The position numbers and the translations under genes are program-made. Positions 63,101-64,000 of a DNA stretch of 64,000 nt are shown one piece after another. Each line of letters opens with the position of its first letter. Position 1 is the first letter of the stretch. This DNA comes from Selaginella moellendorffii. Lineage: Eukaryota > Plantae > Lycopodiophyta. The DNA lies in contig NW_003314278.1 in NCBI RefSeq assembly GCF_000143415.4, positions 2,063,151 to 2,127,150 of the forward strand, written 5' to 3'. Under the pieces are notes generated by a model. It made no database searches. It was not told where the DNA came from and worked only from the letters and a program-made list of their open reading frames with translations.

Positions 63101-64000
63101 GAAGCATCAACAGATGACCGTAATGCCTCATACACAAAATTACGAGCTGCCTTCCAGGACAATGTCTTGTATCTTGCTCTCTCCTCTTCAATAGCATCCC
63201 AATCAGCATGTTGACAGCACCTCCTCTTGCAACAAGCAACTGTCGAGACCATTCGAACCTCCATCGCCATTTTCTGCCTTTTCGGTTCGTTGCTCAGATC
63301 CCTTTGGCTGCGCTGTAGGAAGGTGTACTTTCTTTTCCCATGAAGAGATGTTCTGTCATCAGTTGTAGTGGTGTTTGATTGTGAATCCTTCACATTCTCA
63401 AACACTAAATGCTTCAATTTCCACCGCACAATGCTTCCAATAGTCAGACTGTTTTCTTCTGTGTCAACAACCTCTAAAATTGCAACTCCAATATCATCCC
63501 AGCCCAATTCTTGATTAGCAACCGCATCTCTTGGATCGACAACTGTGGCTAAGCCCTCAGCTACCACCTCCCCCTCGGGGTTGTTTAGAAACACCTTTGC
63601 CTGAATCCATGTAGCACGGTTCTTAAGATCCACGGAGGGAACATGCGTCGCACTTGCGCTGTCCCCAACATCTGCTTTCTTCTGAAGATTTTTCAAGGCA
63701 ACAAAAACATTTACCCCGACGACCATCTCTCCTCGTTCAATAGCGACCACATTCCCATCGAAGACAGTCTCTACTGATACAGCAGCATTGCCTTCCCCAA
63801 GCCTTTGACAGTGTATAACAAAGTTCCGATCCATAGACACAAGGGTCCCTTTTGCAACTCTCTTCCCACCATTCAAAATGTAAACCTTTTCCCCAACCCT
63901 GAAGGCCATTCTGAAAGTGCAGAAAAGAAGTTAAGACCATACAAAAAATGATTGGAGAATGGCCTAAATCAGAACATACCAAACAACCTCAATAGCATGA
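60151..64000 (-). mobile_element. Probably autonomous Sola-like transposon (one end at 60151, continues beyond the window)
   Basis: TIR aagctctatttcgttaaagtggga at 60151, preceded by TTAA; intact transposase inside. Confidence 0.88.
60841..63909 (-). CDS. 1022-aa Sola-like DDD transposase with two N-terminal Tnp1/En/Spm-type beta-barrel repeats and a C-terminal BAH/Tudor-like domain
   Basis: Uninterrupted ORF with CCKRRC and KCDEC..H motifs; putative triad in IIHDKMDQ / LQTDNAGSENKN / FLMVGHTHEDVDAMFS; splice acceptor (ttcttttctgcactttcag) just upstream of the ATG. Confidence 0.85.
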   Translation of the reverse strand: MAFRVGEKVYILNGGKRVAKGTLVSMDRNFVIHCQRLGEGNAAVSVETVFDGNVVAIERGEMVVGVNVFVALKNLQKKADVGDSASATHVPSVDLKNRATWIQAKVFLNNPEGEVVAEGLATVVDPRDAVANQELGWDDIGVAILEVVDTEENSLTIGSIVRWKLKHLVFENVKDSQSNTTTTDDRTSLHGKRKYTFLQRSQRDLSNEPKRQKMAMEVRMVSTVACCKRRCCQHADWDAIEEERARYKTLSWKAARNFVYEALRSSVDASEHQVGGMVFQRGLVCMKAWRIIYGVPRTTFYRIKTEFEEQRVQQAVHGNDGTHKTRGHVVYGEAIFKGFVETCSEQQPHKTRLLEDGTRDTQRVLPSMYTKGAILEDVNRELQSNGYRKLSQSRFSRLWSNRFRDVSIGKYSSFSKCDECTAIKMALSKNSCSAQERETLVRRRLDHNIEQRSCRTAYYHNRILSMERPDSYLCIIHDKMDQKKTCLPRLNPAPKAISSSMQLPVSLFGIIAHGHGAQNYGNFFVPLWGGGGANMMIASLAKHLRSLQSAQTELNGQPLHKALVDRTPYRVQLEEEQRLAVSRGAPCHPSEYVGRQIVGLSREASCHYDEAGRPVNAQPHPNEAESQGSSCGRCGLPPHLLLQTDNAGSENKNMYVFAYLAMLVAKGIFETVTLGFLMVGHTHEDVDAMFSHLAESLRRSNVLTLPQLYDEFQNCIKGTVEAALVTEVPDFKGFVRGYIRDGSETLIGHSKPLQFHFSMRDGAPVMRYKMREWDTVWLPVDGIELFKRDPIIGEPMIPQGSPRPMHPDGLKDQESIVAGIRQHIAFWKRGLVFGGESYFKRCKPLLEYWEKIISTIQNGPVVYEELEESFWPEPRAPDSSGTMSSGNAVTDNDVEDHYCGPRNKKPDSAFNPVQVCKGMVVLVRPSNKKQMIWVGRCITDAEEDAETNSFNVTVEWFKPSSGYTKDCLEKRWVLNPRDPSMSISVDNVVHGWMRKQSATITLPDHARDAARAFITRVQGEIH

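Noticed and set aside
60869-63102. Plus-strand ORFs of up to 292 aa
   Set aside because: Antisense shadows of the transposase with no recognisable motifs.

Overview
Eukaryotic, transposon-saturated land-plant DNA, most likely a moss (inferred from tRNA-iMet primer sites, chromovirus pol, CCCTAAA repeats and the transposase families present). No clear host gene; most short ORFs in the track are artefacts of CpG-rich minisatellites inside LTRs. (1) Three related Ty3/Gypsy LTR families are present: A (non-coding internal region), B (chromovirus gag-pol) and C. They include a 26-kb nest at 17280-43292 whose four insertions each have a 5-bp TSD (three perfect, one with a mismatch). (2) The family-B integrase is interrupted by two 46/52-nt GT-AG inserts whose exact removal restores the canonical YHPQTDGQTE and KL..RF.GPY motifs, i.e. 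apparent micro-introns in a retrotransposon. (3) A Sola-like DNA transposon family (TIR AAGCTCTATTTC.TTAAAGTGGGA, 4-bp TSD) has an intact 1022-aa transposase at 60841-63909, a deletion derivative at 52288-57070 carrying an FCP1-like HAD phosphatase gene, and about ten copies of a palindromic motif or its half-site. (4) A decayed Mutator-like transposase lies head-to-head, across a GC-rich tandem array, with a pseudogene encoding a ParB-like domain plus an N6A/N4C-methyltransferase fold; small Cys/His-motif genes sit nearby. All alignments and translations were done by eye.
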